Assembly: GCA_016748015.1 (NCBI GenBank)
Contig: JAAOMT010000128.1
Span: forward strand, 999,538 to 1,063,537
Reading direction: 5' to 3'
DNA length: 64,000 nucleotides
DNA from: Geosiphon pyriformis uo1
Lineage: Eukaryota > Fungi > Glomeromycota
A program made the position numbers and the translations under genes. Positions within the stretch are counted from its first letter, which is position 1; the number at the start of each line of letters is the position of its first letter. Shown here one piece after another: positions 39,901-52,506 of this stretch. The notes beneath the pieces were generated by a model. The model had not been told where the DNA came from. It ran no database searches and saw only the letters and a list, made by a program, of their open reading frames with translations.

Positions 39901-42000
39901 ATATTTAAGATAATTAATAATTAATTTATTTATAAAGAATATTTTTTGCTAATAAATAGTAAAATAATTAAACAATATTAAAAAAGCTTTTAACAAAACA
40001 ATAATAATAATTAATAATTTTTGAAATTCGTACAAATTAATAAATTTTTTTTTTAAATTTAACTTAATTTTAATTTTTTTAATAATATAATTTAAAAAAC
40101 AAATTTTGTTTTGTTAAAAAAATATTTTTGCTATTAAGTTTTAATTTTATATTTTAAAATTTATTAAATATTTATTGAAAATAATAAAAATATTTATTAA
40201 AAATAGTAATATATTAAATACATTACTATTAATTCTTATAAAAGTTTTTTGTATACAATTTTTATAAATTATTAAAAAATAATATATATACTATAAAATT
40301 TAAAAAACATAATATTAAATTTAAATTTGTAATAAATTTTTTTTTGATTATTAGAGTTTATATTAATTTGTTAATATTTATTAACAAAATTTAATATTAA
40401 AAACCATTTTTTATTATTTAAAACAATTAATATTTTTTGTATAATTAGAATAAAATAGTTTTTTTTTTTTTTTATTAGCATTTAATGAGTGAAGCCCAAC
40501 CGCTATCTAGTACATAGAGCCAAACTAAGTGGCTCAAACTAAACGCGACTCATACAATGAAAAATAGTTATTTTTATAAATTATATTATTAATAATCTAT
40601 ATAAACTCAAATTTTTTATTTTTTTAATAATTAATACAATTAATAATAATTATAAATTTAAAGATTTTTTAATTAAGTTGTTATTAAATATTTTTTATAT
40701 TTTTTATTAAATAATATTTTGGCTTAAAAATAATATTTGATAGATTTTTGTTTAATTAATTAGATATTTTTAGTATTAATTTAATATTTAATCAAATTAA
40801 CTTTGTTTTTATTAACAAAAATATTAATATATAAAATTTTTTAATTGTATTTATTACAAAAAATTTAAGTTATTAAGATTGAAATTTTCAATTTTTTTAA
40901 AATAAATAAGTAGTTTTAATAAATTATTTTAATATTTGAAAGATAATATTATAATAAAAACACAATTAATAAAAACACAATTAATTAAAATTTACTAAAA
41001 TTATTAATATTAGTTAATAAAAATTTAAATAAGTTTTGATAATATATAAAAATTTGTTAAAATAACCAATTAATATACAATAAATTTAGCTTTAAACAAC
41101 TGAAATTTTATTTTATTTTTTATTTAATTTTATATAATATTATTCAAATAAAAAAACCAATTAATTATAAAAAATACATAATTAATAGATAATAATATAT
41201 AATAATAAAAAATAATATATAATAATATAAAATAACATAAATAATAAATATAATTAACAATAACAAAATAACATAAAAAACAATATAAATAACAAGTTTT
41301 TAAAAACTATTTTATAAAATAAATATATGTATATATATAAGTAGTTTTAGTTTAAAAAAAAAATTTTTAAATAAAATTTTTTTCTATTTATTAACATTAA
41401 AACTGAAATTGATTTTTACTTTTTATTTTATTCTTTCTAAAAATTGGCTATTTCTTTTTATTTAAAGTCAGATACAAATTGCATAATACTTTTAAAATTT
41501 TAATAATTTATAACAATTGATAAAATATTAATTTTTTTATTTTTTATTTTTTATTAAAAATTTGTAATTAATTTAAAAAAGCTAAAAAAGTACAAAAAAC
41601 AATTTGGTAATTTAACTATTATAACAAAGTAATTTGATATTATAATAGTCTAATAAAAAAAAATATTTTTTAAAATTAATTTTATTAAAGATTATTAACT
41701 TATTAGAAAAGCAAAAAGACAATACTAGATTTTAATAATTGTAATTAAATATTATAAGCTAAATATAGTTAAAAATAAATATAATTACTTAACTAAAAAA
41801 ATTATCACCAAATACCATCTTTAATAATAATAATAATAATATTTCTATTCTTTATAAAAAGAACTTTTTACAAATAAATTATTTAAAAGAACTTAATAAA
41901 ATCTTTAAATACAACAAAGATTTTTAAAACTAATGTAAATATTTTTTATTTTGATTAGTAATTTTTTTATTAGGTTAATAAATATAATTTTTTTCTATTT
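39901..42000. repeat. Near GC-free decayed transposon relics
   Basis: Extreme AT content like the identified relics. Family could not be assigned with confidence. Confidence 0.5.
40461..40560 (-). mobile_element. 100-bp LINE 3'-tail-only insertion
   Basis: Family 3' UTR plus poly(A), flanked by TSD AAAATAGTT (40452-40460 / 40561-40569). Confidence 0.88.
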
Positions 42001-42203
42001 AAACGAATTCATTTTGGGAGACAGCTGTGCCAGAGAACTTGAATTTTATTTAAAAAAGAATTGATTCTCTGCAGTTTAGGTTCGTGGTTTAATACTAATA
42101 AAAATTTCCTGATTGCGAATTCTGTGATACTGAACTTGAACCAATATACATATGATTGAATGATTCCAAAATGTAAATGCAAATGTAAGTCAAAATTACA
42201 ATT

Positions 42204-44234
42204 TTACGTGTTTTCATTTAATCTATCCTCATTTCTACTAGTCTTAATTCGTCTTCGACACTGTTCCACTTCCAATTGCCAATCCGTCACTAGTATTGTC
42301 CAAATGACAGCTATAGCAATAGCAATCGAAGCAAACGTTAACCCGGTCCAAAGTCCTAAAATTCCCCAGCCATATTTAAATTCTAAAACTAGACCTAACA
42401 CAAGTGCAATCAAATAATATCCGGACATGGTGAATATGGCACCAATACGTTGTCGGCCTTGCCCACATAATATTCCGATTCCAATTGCGTTCAATTCTTC
42501 GGAGATCTGTTAATAATTGAAAAAATTTGCTATTTCTGTTCAATCAAGAAAACATTTAATATCAATTCTTACTTGAAACGCGGCACATAATGGTAATAAT
42601 GTAGCGACCATGTTTACCACGTTCTCATCAAATGTGAATAAATATCTAGTCGTATATTAAAAGAAGAAACGGTAAACAACTTAATCAGAGGTACAACAAA
42701 ATTGCGTTTTAACTCAAATCTCAAAATGCTTACCCCCAAGAATTTTTGAAAATCATCAATACAGTAGAATTTATTAAGCCCATTAAAACAGCCAACAAAA
42801 TAGCCACTCTGGCAGCCAATTGTGCCTGAGAAGCTAATCCAGCACCCAACAAATTCCCCACCCGATTCGATGTTGCTACCGCTAAACCATAAGGGGCTTG
42901 AAACAGTAATAGGGCACTAGTTAACACTATACTATGACTGGCTAATTCAACACTCCCCAAATATCCAGCAGCAAGTGCCACCAACTCAAAGGACCAATAC
43001 TGTGCGCAAACCATCATAATTCCAGGAATAGCGAGTTGAATGAAAGATTTCCAATCGCTTAATGCAGCATGTGTCCATCCATCCCACACTTGATATCCGT
43101 TTATGAATCGAATATATAATGTGACTAAAATGAGCATAAGCCAATAGGTGATGGTGATCGCGAGCGGAGCACCAATGAAGCCTATGGCGATTGGTTCATA
43201 CAATACTAATAAGTAAGTCAGGGTCAAGTTGGCTGGTACACATGCTATTAAAACATAGGTGCCTGCCTCCATGATACCTTAATTTCAAAACGTAATTTAT
43301 GTCTTAAAAATTTCATTTATACGATCAAAATTAATGAATCATCAAAAAATAAAATCTACCTTGAGCCTGCAAATACTTTTTTAAACATTCAAATAATAAA
43401 TAGGCCGGCGCCCCTGGCAATAAATAGCGCAAAAATAAGCCAGCCATTCGGGCCAGTTCTGGATCTTGCCCCAATAACACTAACACATGATCGGCTTCCC
43501 ACCACAAAACTGCCAACGGAATCATTCCGATAAGAATGATGATAACAGCGCGTTGTAAATGCACGCCAACCATTTTTGGAGAATTTGATGTAAATGCTTG
43601 TGAGCAAAGGGTGTCCAGTGCTGAAGCTGCCCCTAACCCAACTGACCAACAAGTTACTGCGGCGAACTAGGAAAATTAAAACCATCTGTTCTATTATTGG
43701 ATTTTCTGAAGTTAAGAGAATGTAAGTTTTTACCATATTTCCTAATGCTGTTGCAGCCAACTCGTTTGGTCCCTAAGGTTTAAAATAAATACTGTTGGGA
43801 ACAAAATGGAAGGCCTAATCCTAGCTCATATCTAAACCTCTTACCAATCTTCCCACTGAGAGCACACTTGCAACCTGTAATGTATACTGCAACAAATACG
43901 TGATCACCAAAGGTGCTGCCTTACGCATCAAAAACTTCCCCTCTGCGAAGTCAACCCATTTTTCACGTTCCATCACGCCCATAGGCAACGAAGTGTTTGA
44001 TTCTTGTAGACTTGTTGTAAAGAAGGGTGTTAAACCATCTTCAAGCAAGTGAGGTTGGGTATAATTTAAAAGAGAAGCATGATTAATCGTTCCTATTATG
44101 GCCTCTCTTTCATGCGGGGAAGAGGTGGGTAACAAAGGTGTTCGTTCACTAGGGGGAATATGTGGACTATTTGTAAGGGCATTTTCAGATGAAAATGGTG
44201 TCATTTGTGGTTTCAAGTAAGGTGAATTCGACAT
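42204..44234 (-). CDS. MATE family efflux transporter, paralog 1 (6 exons)
   Basis: Exons ~44234-43845, 43772-43734, 43666-43360, 43278-42734, 42646-42574, 42507-42204 with GT-AG introns. Motifs GPNELAATALG, ASALDTLCSQA, KKYLQAQG, SNRVGNLLGAG, GILGLWTG. Confidence 0.93.
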
Positions 44235-44600
44235 TTTTTCTACGTATTTTTATTATAAAAAACGGTTCATAGGATTCGTCAAAATGGTTTGAAAGTTAGA
44301 AGGCCCTTTCGAACTCAACATTTGGCCCTATGATTATCTTAGTTTTCATTATTGGTTATCAGTTATTTTGTTGAGGGGAGAAGGTTGACTGGGTCTTTTC
44401 AAGAACAATTATTTGTGATTTTCGTTGCATGGTAATAAAATAGGGAAAAATAATTTAGATAGATCACCAAATTCCCACACTTTAGTGCAACGTGACAATG
44501 TCGCGCGATTTTAATTTCGCCCTAATCGATTGAAACCTAAATAAATAACTTCAACTCTCTATTGTACTCCCAAACAATTAATGATGAAATGATTGTCCAA

Positions 44601-46664
44601 TTAATTTTGATTGCTAAACACAACTCCAGAGTTAGAATGGTCGTTGCTGCCTTCCTCTAAATTGGTACAGTTCCTTCGTCCACCAATACCAGACTGAAAC
44701 TGCATATCAACAATCTTTATCCGTCGCTGGCATTCGGCAACTTCCCAATTCCAATTAGTGGTAATCACTGCCCAAAAAATTCCGAGAGCGACGAGAAAAG
44801 AAGCCAAAGTCAATCCTAACCAAAGGCCCTTCAAGCCAAATCCGTACTTAAATGTAAGTGAGAGGCCCAAAGGGAGCGCAACCAAATAATACCCAAAAAG
44901 ATTAAAAATTGCGCCAATCTTTTGGCGTCCTTGTCCACGAAGAATACCACCACCAATACCAGCTATTCCATCCGCAATCTTAGAAAAAGGTTTCCTTTTC
45001 AGATATTGTTCAACATGAAAAGCATTTATTGTTATTAATTTTAAGTTTGGTTGTTTCAGTTACCTGGAAAGAAGCGCATAATGGCAAAATGCTTGCTACC
45101 ATAGCAATAACTTCGGCATCGTCTGAGAATAAATACCTAATCATTCATTAAATGGGTTAGGAGCTTAAGATAAAGAAATTTGGAATTTACATGCAACTTA
45201 CCCCCAATGGTTTCTAAAACCAAACAAAATACTAGAATTACACAGAGCAGAAATGACCGAAAGAGCTAAAGACATTTTTGCTGTCATCTTTGCGCGTCCA
45301 GGTAATCCAGCACCGAGCAAATTACCGATACGATTCGAAGTAGAAACTGCGATACCAAACGGTATCTGATAAACTAAACTAGCAGTAGTTAAGACGACAC
45401 TTTGGGTAGCCAAAGCAAGGGGTCCCAAGTACCCAGCCGCGAGAGCGACTAATTCGAAGGCCCACCATTCTGCACAGACCATCAGGACACTAGGGAAAGC
45501 AAGCCTCAAGAAAGAATTCCAATCTTGAAGACATGCACGCGTCCAACCTCCCCATGCTTGATAACCATCCAAGTATACAGTGTAGAGAAACAGAAGAAGG
45601 AACATCAACCAATAGGTAATTGAAGTAGCCACTGGTGCTCCGATAAAACCAAGAGAAATTGGTTTATACCATACTAACGAATAGTTTAAAATCAAATTTA
45701 TTATGGAGCAGACTGCTAAGACATAGGTACTAGCTTTCATAATGCCTAAATAATCAAAATGAGACACATCAATAAACAACCAAAAGTTTTCAGATCTCGA
45801 ATTCCACAAAGCATACCTTGTGCCTGTAGATACTTTTTCAAACATTCAAATGCTATATAAGCCGGTGCACCGATTAATAAATATCTCAAAAAGAGACCTG
45901 CTTTATTGGCCAGTACTTTATCCTGTCCAAGGGATACGAGAACTCGTTCCACCTCCCACCAACTAATCGCAATGGGGAAAAATCCGATCATGATAATAAG
46001 GAGAGCTCGTTGTAAATAGATACCAACCATTTTTGGGTTACCCGATGTCCATGCTTGTGAACAGAGTGTGTCGAGAGCTGAGGCAGCTCCTAAGGCGACC
46101 GACCAACCTGTGACGGCAGCGTACTGATTATACACAGTGTAAACTTAGATGTTGGGATGCGACAAGCAAAGAGGTCTTTTTAACTCTGAAGGAAAAATTT
46201 ACCATTGAGGCTAAAGCCGATGCAGCCAGTTCTATTGAACCCTACAATTATAGAAAACCAAGTTAGTAATAACATTGATCACTCCTGCTTTTAGTTTAAA
46301 TCCCTTTTCAGAAACTCACCAAATGGCCTAATGAAAATACACTAGCAATTTGCAGCGAGTACTGCATTAGATATGTCAACAACACAGGAACGGCCTTTTT
46401 TATCAAAAACCAGACTTCACCAAGATCATATGTAGAATCATCACTGATGTCAACTAATGGAATTTCCTCTAGCCGAACGTCGGTCTCCCCATCACCGTTA
46501 CCATTGCTCAAGTGATTGTTGTTTGCAACATCCAGTAACTCCGGTGGGTTCTGTACAGTTGTGTATGGTAATAGTCTTGGGTTTGTGTGAAGTAAGGGTG
46601 TGGTTTCGGACGCACCCACATCTATTGAATCATTGTCCAAGGTCGGGGAATTTGAATTTGACAT
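44601..46664 (-). CDS. MATE family efflux transporter, paralog 2 (6 exons)
   Basis: Same intron positions as paralog 1. Motifs ASALDTLCSQA, CAEWWAFE, SNRIGNLLGAG, LRGQGRQKIGA, GLKGLWLG. Confidence 0.93.
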
Positions 46665-47125
46665 TTTTGTTTTTTATATGTAAATAAGAAGTGAACTTGT
46701 GTAAAGGTGTATCTTTTCTCGACAACTCTTGTTTCCCAAAGGCTTCTTTCTAACTTTGGTAGTGTAATATGACTTTGGGAAAGATTAAAAGAATATTTGA
46801 TTATAATACAAAATCCGTTAACAATCAAATTTATTAAAGAGTTTCAGGCACTGCACGAGGATTCTTTAATTGTTTATTGTGCCCTTATGTGATATTGACA
46901 GCCTATATCGAAATATCAAAGGAATTACGCACAAAAATTTTTGAATCAATTTTTGCAGACGGACAAAAAATTTGGATTATTGTACAGCTGGGTTTTTTAT
47001 ATAAAATAATTGAATGCGGAATATGGATCTGCACAAGAATGGTCGCAGTGAAAAATTGAGAATATTTCTTATGACTCACTTAATAGTTATGATCAATTAT
47101 CCACCCAAAGTTCACTTTTACAAAT

Positions 47126-49409
47126 ATGCCCAACCAAAAGTTTACAAACTCATCCCATGAGGAAATAGCGTTAGTCTCCCATATATCAAAGTCACCAGCT
47201 GAGAAATGGTTCGACTGGTTGGGTCAGTTCCAACTTCAACGCTACTCGAACGTTATCACTCTTCTTTTCGCGCTTTATGTGCGTTGGACGGTCGGACTGA
47301 ACGGATATTCTGGTAGGTTTTGAGCTTTTTCCTTCCTTAAAATATTTTGGCAATGGATTATCGCTCCCAAACCAAATACCTTTAAAATATTCCGTTCATC
47401 TCTGCATCAATAGTTTAACATAATAATCTATTATACCGCTTGTTGTCTTGCTCTAAACACTAACAACCTTTGGTTCTCATAAACCCGCAAAGGCTATAAT
47501 TCCCCGCCAATGTATGGAGATTACGAAGCACAACGACATTGGATGGAGCTCACTATACACCTTCCCATCAATCAGTGGTATTATTATGATCCACAGTGGT
47601 GGGGTTTAGATTATCCTCCGTTAACTGCATACGTCAGCTGGATATGTGGTAAAATGTAAATCCTGAATAACAACTGATTTCAAAGGTATTTTTTGAACTA
47701 TTTTTCATGTTATTAATATACCTTCACTTTAATACAGAGGTTCCGCATTAAATCCTGAATGGTTTGCACTAGATTCGTCCCGAGGTCATGAAAGTTTAGA
47801 AAATAAAGTTTTCATGCGTGCCAGTGTGATTATTTTGGAGTTTATAATTTACGTCCCGGGAATTTTTGTCTTCGTAAATTGGTGGCTCAAGGATGAAACG
47901 CGAAAGAAGAAAGCAAGACACATGTTGGAATTTTTTCTGCTTATTTATATTCTACTTTTTACTAAAGATGCTTATTTCGATTTCTAGAGCTTCGTCACAT
48001 TATTGATTCTTCTCCAACCCGCTTTGATTTTGATCGATAACGGCCATTTTCAGTATCCTTTGGACGAAATTATTTAGGAAGTTTAATTAATATTAAAAAG
48101 ACTATCATTGACTTTAGATGCGTCAAATTTATAGATATAATTCCGTAATGCTTGGACTCACAGTCTGGGGGATTAATTGCTTCATGCACGATTATGATAT
48201 TCTAGGAAGTATCTTTTTTTGTCTTGCCTTGAGTTTTAAACAGATGGCTCTCTATTACTCGCCAGCTATTTTCGCATATCTATTAGGAAAATGCATCAAG
48301 ACTCCAAGGCTTGGGTATTAATTAATCTCGAATTTTATTATAATTGTTGTTTTACCTTTTCATACAATTAATACAATTAATACAATTTTATTTAAAATAT
48401 ACCTAGGTTCGTCCTTTTTTTGAAACTTGGATTTATTGTAGTTGCGACCTTCTTTGTGATGTTCATGCCGTTCCTGGATTCTTTTGAGCATTTTACACGT
48501 GTTATAACGCGTATTTTCCCGCTGCAACGTGGATTATACGAAGACAAGGTTGCAAACGTGTGGTGTGCTGTAAATGTTGTTGTTAAATTGCGAGAGATTT
48601 TGGATATTGGAGTATTGATAAATATTAGGTACCTTTTTATTTATCTTACATTATCTGAGTTATTGATATTTTATTTTTGCTAGAAATTCAAACTTTGACC
48701 ATTTTAGTTCAGTCGCGACCATACTTGCAATTTTGCCCTCTTGTATAGAATTAGGCCGCACAGCTGATAAACGACAATTAATTTATGGATTGGCGAATTC
48801 TGGATTGGCCTTCTTTTTGTTTGCTTTTCAAGTTCACGAAAAATCAATATTGCTACCCGCGTTGCCTATCACTTTGCTTATATTAGATGAACCACTTTTC
48901 AGCCCATGGTTCATTAATATCGCCGTATTTAGGTACGTTAATATCATTATTTTTAATTACAAAAATCCAATTTACAACTATAACCAATTGTGAATCTCTT
49001 GCCATGTAGCTTATTTCCCCTGTTAAAAAAAGATGATCTTGTTTTTCCTTGCTTTATTTTGTTTTTTTTGTGGAATTGGCTCGGTTCGTTTTTCAAGCAA
49101 TCTGGTCAGCCCACGTTTATTAAATTAATTTTTTGGGTAAGTAGTCGTGTTAATAAATTGACTTTGATTTTCTTCGCTATGCTTACAATATTTAATAAAT
49201 CGAATTTTTATCAGGCATCACATATTACTATGTCTTTTCTTCTCGTTACAGAGTATAAACTTTCTCCACCAAAAAAATATCCAGATATTTACATAGTTCT
49301 GAATGCGATTTATAGCGCCAGCTTATTTTTCGGTTTCATGTTGTATTTTAATTATAAACAATTTGCTATTAGTACTAACTCAATCAACTTGAAAACTAAA
49401 AAAGAATAG
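47126..49409 (+). CDS. ALG6: Dolichyl-PP-Man9GlcNAc2 alpha-1,3-glucosyltransferase (9 exons)
   Basis: Motifs [63 protein letters not shown]-terminal KTKKE. Introns 47313-47492, 47656-47737, 47913-47987, 48053-48134, 48315-48406, 48629-48707, 48933-49009, 49137-49214. Confidence 0.95.
47913..47987 (+). other. GC-AG intron in ALG6
   Basis: AAA|GCAAGA...ACTAA...CTAG|AGC joins KKK to [11 protein letters not shown] in frame. Retention would give an in-frame TAG. Confidence 0.7.
48053..48134 (+). other. U12-type (minor spliceosome) GT-AG intron in ALG6
   Basis: 5' site GTATCCTTT is the U12 consensus. Branch-like TCATTGAC at 48105-48112. Splicing restores GHFQYN. Confidence 0.8.
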
Positions 49410-49439
49410 AATATAAAATTTTCTAATATATCAACAGAA

Positions 49440-50490
49440 AAGATATTCCTGCGAATGTTGAATAAACGGATGGATTGTAACACATCAATAATAGGTAGTA
49501 CTCCTTGCTAAATAAGACTACTATTTCCTGCGTGAATCTCAAAGCCTGGATCGTTTCTTCGAGCGTTGTTTTGATTTCCGCTGCCCATAACAAAATTATT
49601 GCCGTGCAAAATTTTGCAGATCGATAACGTTTGCGAGGAGTAAGCTTGGGTAGGCGGCCAGGACTATAATTATCCGAATTCTGGTCTTTCTTGCGACTTA
49701 GATTTGACAGGAGTGAAGGGAAAGACTAGTTAAATTAACGATTTCGGTTGCAATGTAGTAACCTTTGCGCTAAAAGCACTTGACGACTTCACGGTTCATT
49801 AATGGGTGGATAAACAAAATGAGTGGCGGCGACATCAGGGTAAAAAAAGATATTTACCCTTTTTTGCAAGGAAGTCCGTAACGCGATGAATCTTGGTAAC
49901 GGTGTTGCCACCATTACTTTCCATTGGGACTCTATAAACCTCATTTTGGAAGACAACACGGACTCTTAACTCTTCGGACTTGACAATCAGACGTTGACAG
50001 AAATGGTAATGTTTCCGAAGCAATTTTCGGACAGTATTTTTCCCGTACGATTCGTCATGACGATTGCGTCAAACTCGCGAGGGAAGAACACGATCGCCTT
50101 TCTGTGAATCTCACTCTGCAGGTGCACAATTCTTCATCGTATGTGCGAGACTGCTTTACCGAGTCTCTGGGGAAATTTTGCGCTTATCATCGTCGAAGAG
50201 AAACACGAGTTTTGTAGAACGAAGACGAAGTCGCAGAGATGGTCGCGACTTACCAGTTCCAATAGAGCCTTCGGTTGTTTGAACCTTACACCTGAGGGGA
50301 GGTTTGTAGGTTGGAAATTGAGAACCCTTTTGTCGCTCGAGATACTTTTCTTGGTTGGCGCTAGAGACACGGCGTAGAGATAACCTTTCTTAGTAGCGGA
50401 GGTAGTGGCGGGCGGTTATAATGATTGGATTTTAGGGGAAAAAGGGAAGATAAATACATGGGGAGAGAAAAGATAGCAAAAGAGGAGATA
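49440..50490 (-). ncRNA. Candidate structured non-coding transcript (unidentified)
   Basis: GC- and CpG-rich, no credible ORF, many short inverted repeats, pyrimidine-rich leader at ~50430-50495 on the minus strand. Confidence 0.35.
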
Positions 50491-50704
50491 GGAGGCTATT
50501 TTACTTTTTCCAAATCTGTTACTCGCAGAATTACTTAATTATACTTTTTAAAATGAAATTCTCACGTTCTTATGTTTATTGAGGAACATAGTGCATAGCC
50601 TTTTTTTTAAAATATTTTCATATATTACGGTAATGATACAAATTATCTTTGCTAAAAAAATGATAACACTCTCCCAAATTCTTAGCAATCCAAATATTCA
50701 GGAA

Positions 50705-52506
50705 TTATGGAACTTCTCCTATCCCCACTAATCCGTCAGTTACTCCCGCCGTGCTATGAAGATTGTTATACAAGTTCAAAAACCTTCTCCAGTTTCCACC
50801 ATCTCTTTGAATAAATTTAATGATTCCTCTTCCGGCCTCACAACATAAAAAGAAGAAAAAACACCACAAGACGAAATAGGAATAACTCTCAAAATGCATA
50901 TTAAACTTTCGCGGATGGCAAAACGTACCTTGAAAAGAGTACATCCCACGCGTTTCGCTATAAAATGACGTCCAATATTCGGCCAGCAAAGTAATTGGCA
51001 GCATTTTGAAATATATAGGATTATCTTTTGGATAGGCGCGGGGTCGGGTGCCAGTCGGGTCAAATAAAAAACTTGTGCGTTTCGCGTGGAGCTCGGCCAT
51101 TACTCCAGCCATTGTTTTGTTGGGAGCTCTGATTGTGGTCCAAGAATAAGCCCCAGTTGATGGGGAGTGTACATCAGAGCCGGTAAGCATTAAAAGACCG
51201 TGTTCTTTTGCAAAAAGATAGGTTTGCAAGTCAAAGGTATTTCCATTAATTATTTCAAAGGCGTCGACACCCTTCCAATCCAGTTTCAAAAAGAATTTTC
51301 ATTAGCAAGATGCCCAGATAAAAAAACAATGTCCAATATTTTTTACCCATTCTAAGAGATCTTCACGAGTTGGATGTTCCAGTAAAGTACCAACTTGATA
51401 CCAATTTTCTATTGAAAAAAGCCCGAGCTATGAACCTAAATGTTATAAAGCTCAAAAATCAATTTTATTCATTACCCGTTTTGTTGCTCCAGGGAATATG
51501 ATTAACTGACACTAATCCACCAAGTTCATGAGTACGTTGAATTATTTTCTGCAAATCCTCGTCCGAGGGAAAGTCAGGTCCAACAGGAATCGGTACATTG
51601 ATCCCGATCAAATTCATATGAATTCTACATGAGCTACAATTTCCAAAATTTTGGCGAACATGAATACCAAGATAGTTTCCAATCACAAAGGAAGTTACAA
51701 TTTCCATACCTATATTCCATAGCAGGTATCACTATTATTGTGTCATTATACTTTGCACGTGCAATTTCTTGCGCGTGAAAACCTCCATCTAACGTGTTGT
51801 GATCGCTAACAATAATTGCGTCATACCCATTTGCTAGATTTTTGAGAATTTTATTTTACAGTTCATAGCTCACAATACTATAAAACATGAATTGGTCCCG
51901 CACAAGGATCACCTAGATACCTATAGCCCATTTCAGCAACATCTCTGGTTCCATCAAGCCATCTGACATTGTAGTGTGTGAATGCCCGTCCAATAACAAA
52001 TTAATTTCTCCAAACTCCGTATTCATCGGTTTTAAATATTTTAGTGGCTCTATTCGTGGCCACGAAAACTCAATATCACTATAAATATATCGGCTTGGAA
52101 CTGCTCTGTACTTGACAAAAGTCAGCGCTATGAACACCACTATTAAGATCAAAATGAAAGAAAGTAAGCGGTTGCACGCTTCCTTGAGATATACGCAAAT
52201 GATATCCTTTTGAAAGGAAGGAGATAACGCCCTAATCAAGCCTCGTACTGATTCCAGTATGTGTTGAATGCTTGTCAGAGACCCTGTTCTAGGCAAGCGT
52301 AAAGGAGTTTGGGGTATGATTTGCTGGGAGGGAAGTGGGGAATTGGAAGAGGTTAGTAGAAGTCGTTCAACTTCGCTGCTACTAGAATCATTTTCGTCGT
52401 CATTATAGCTCTGCGCGAAACTCGGTGTTGGTGGAGGTATTATGTTCAAATCATAGCGACTGTTGTTTGAGGCGTTGTTAGGCTTGAAATCATTGAGTTC
52501 ACTCAT
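50705..52506 (-). CDS. Membrane-anchored PHP-family metal-dependent phosphoesterase (5 exons)
   Basis: Exons 52506-51921, 51833-51710, 51633-51476, 51408-51347, 51271-50705. PHP motifs DGHSHTTMSDG, VSDHN, MEYS..RIH, VNHIP, EIIN, GSDVH. Hydrophobic segments before and after the domain. Confidence 0.88.

Noticed and set aside
6107-40560. HeT-A/TART-like telomeric array (all LINEs on minus, two head-to-tail)
   Set aside because: No telomeric repeats, LTR elements are interspersed, and a plus-strand LINE exists at 54.4 kb. Insertion into T-tracts of plus-strand hosts explains the polarity.
49835-50459. Antizyme or other small protein gene from the short ORFs
   Set aside because: No antizyme motifs or frameshift site, and no ATG-initiated spliced model with recognisable homology.
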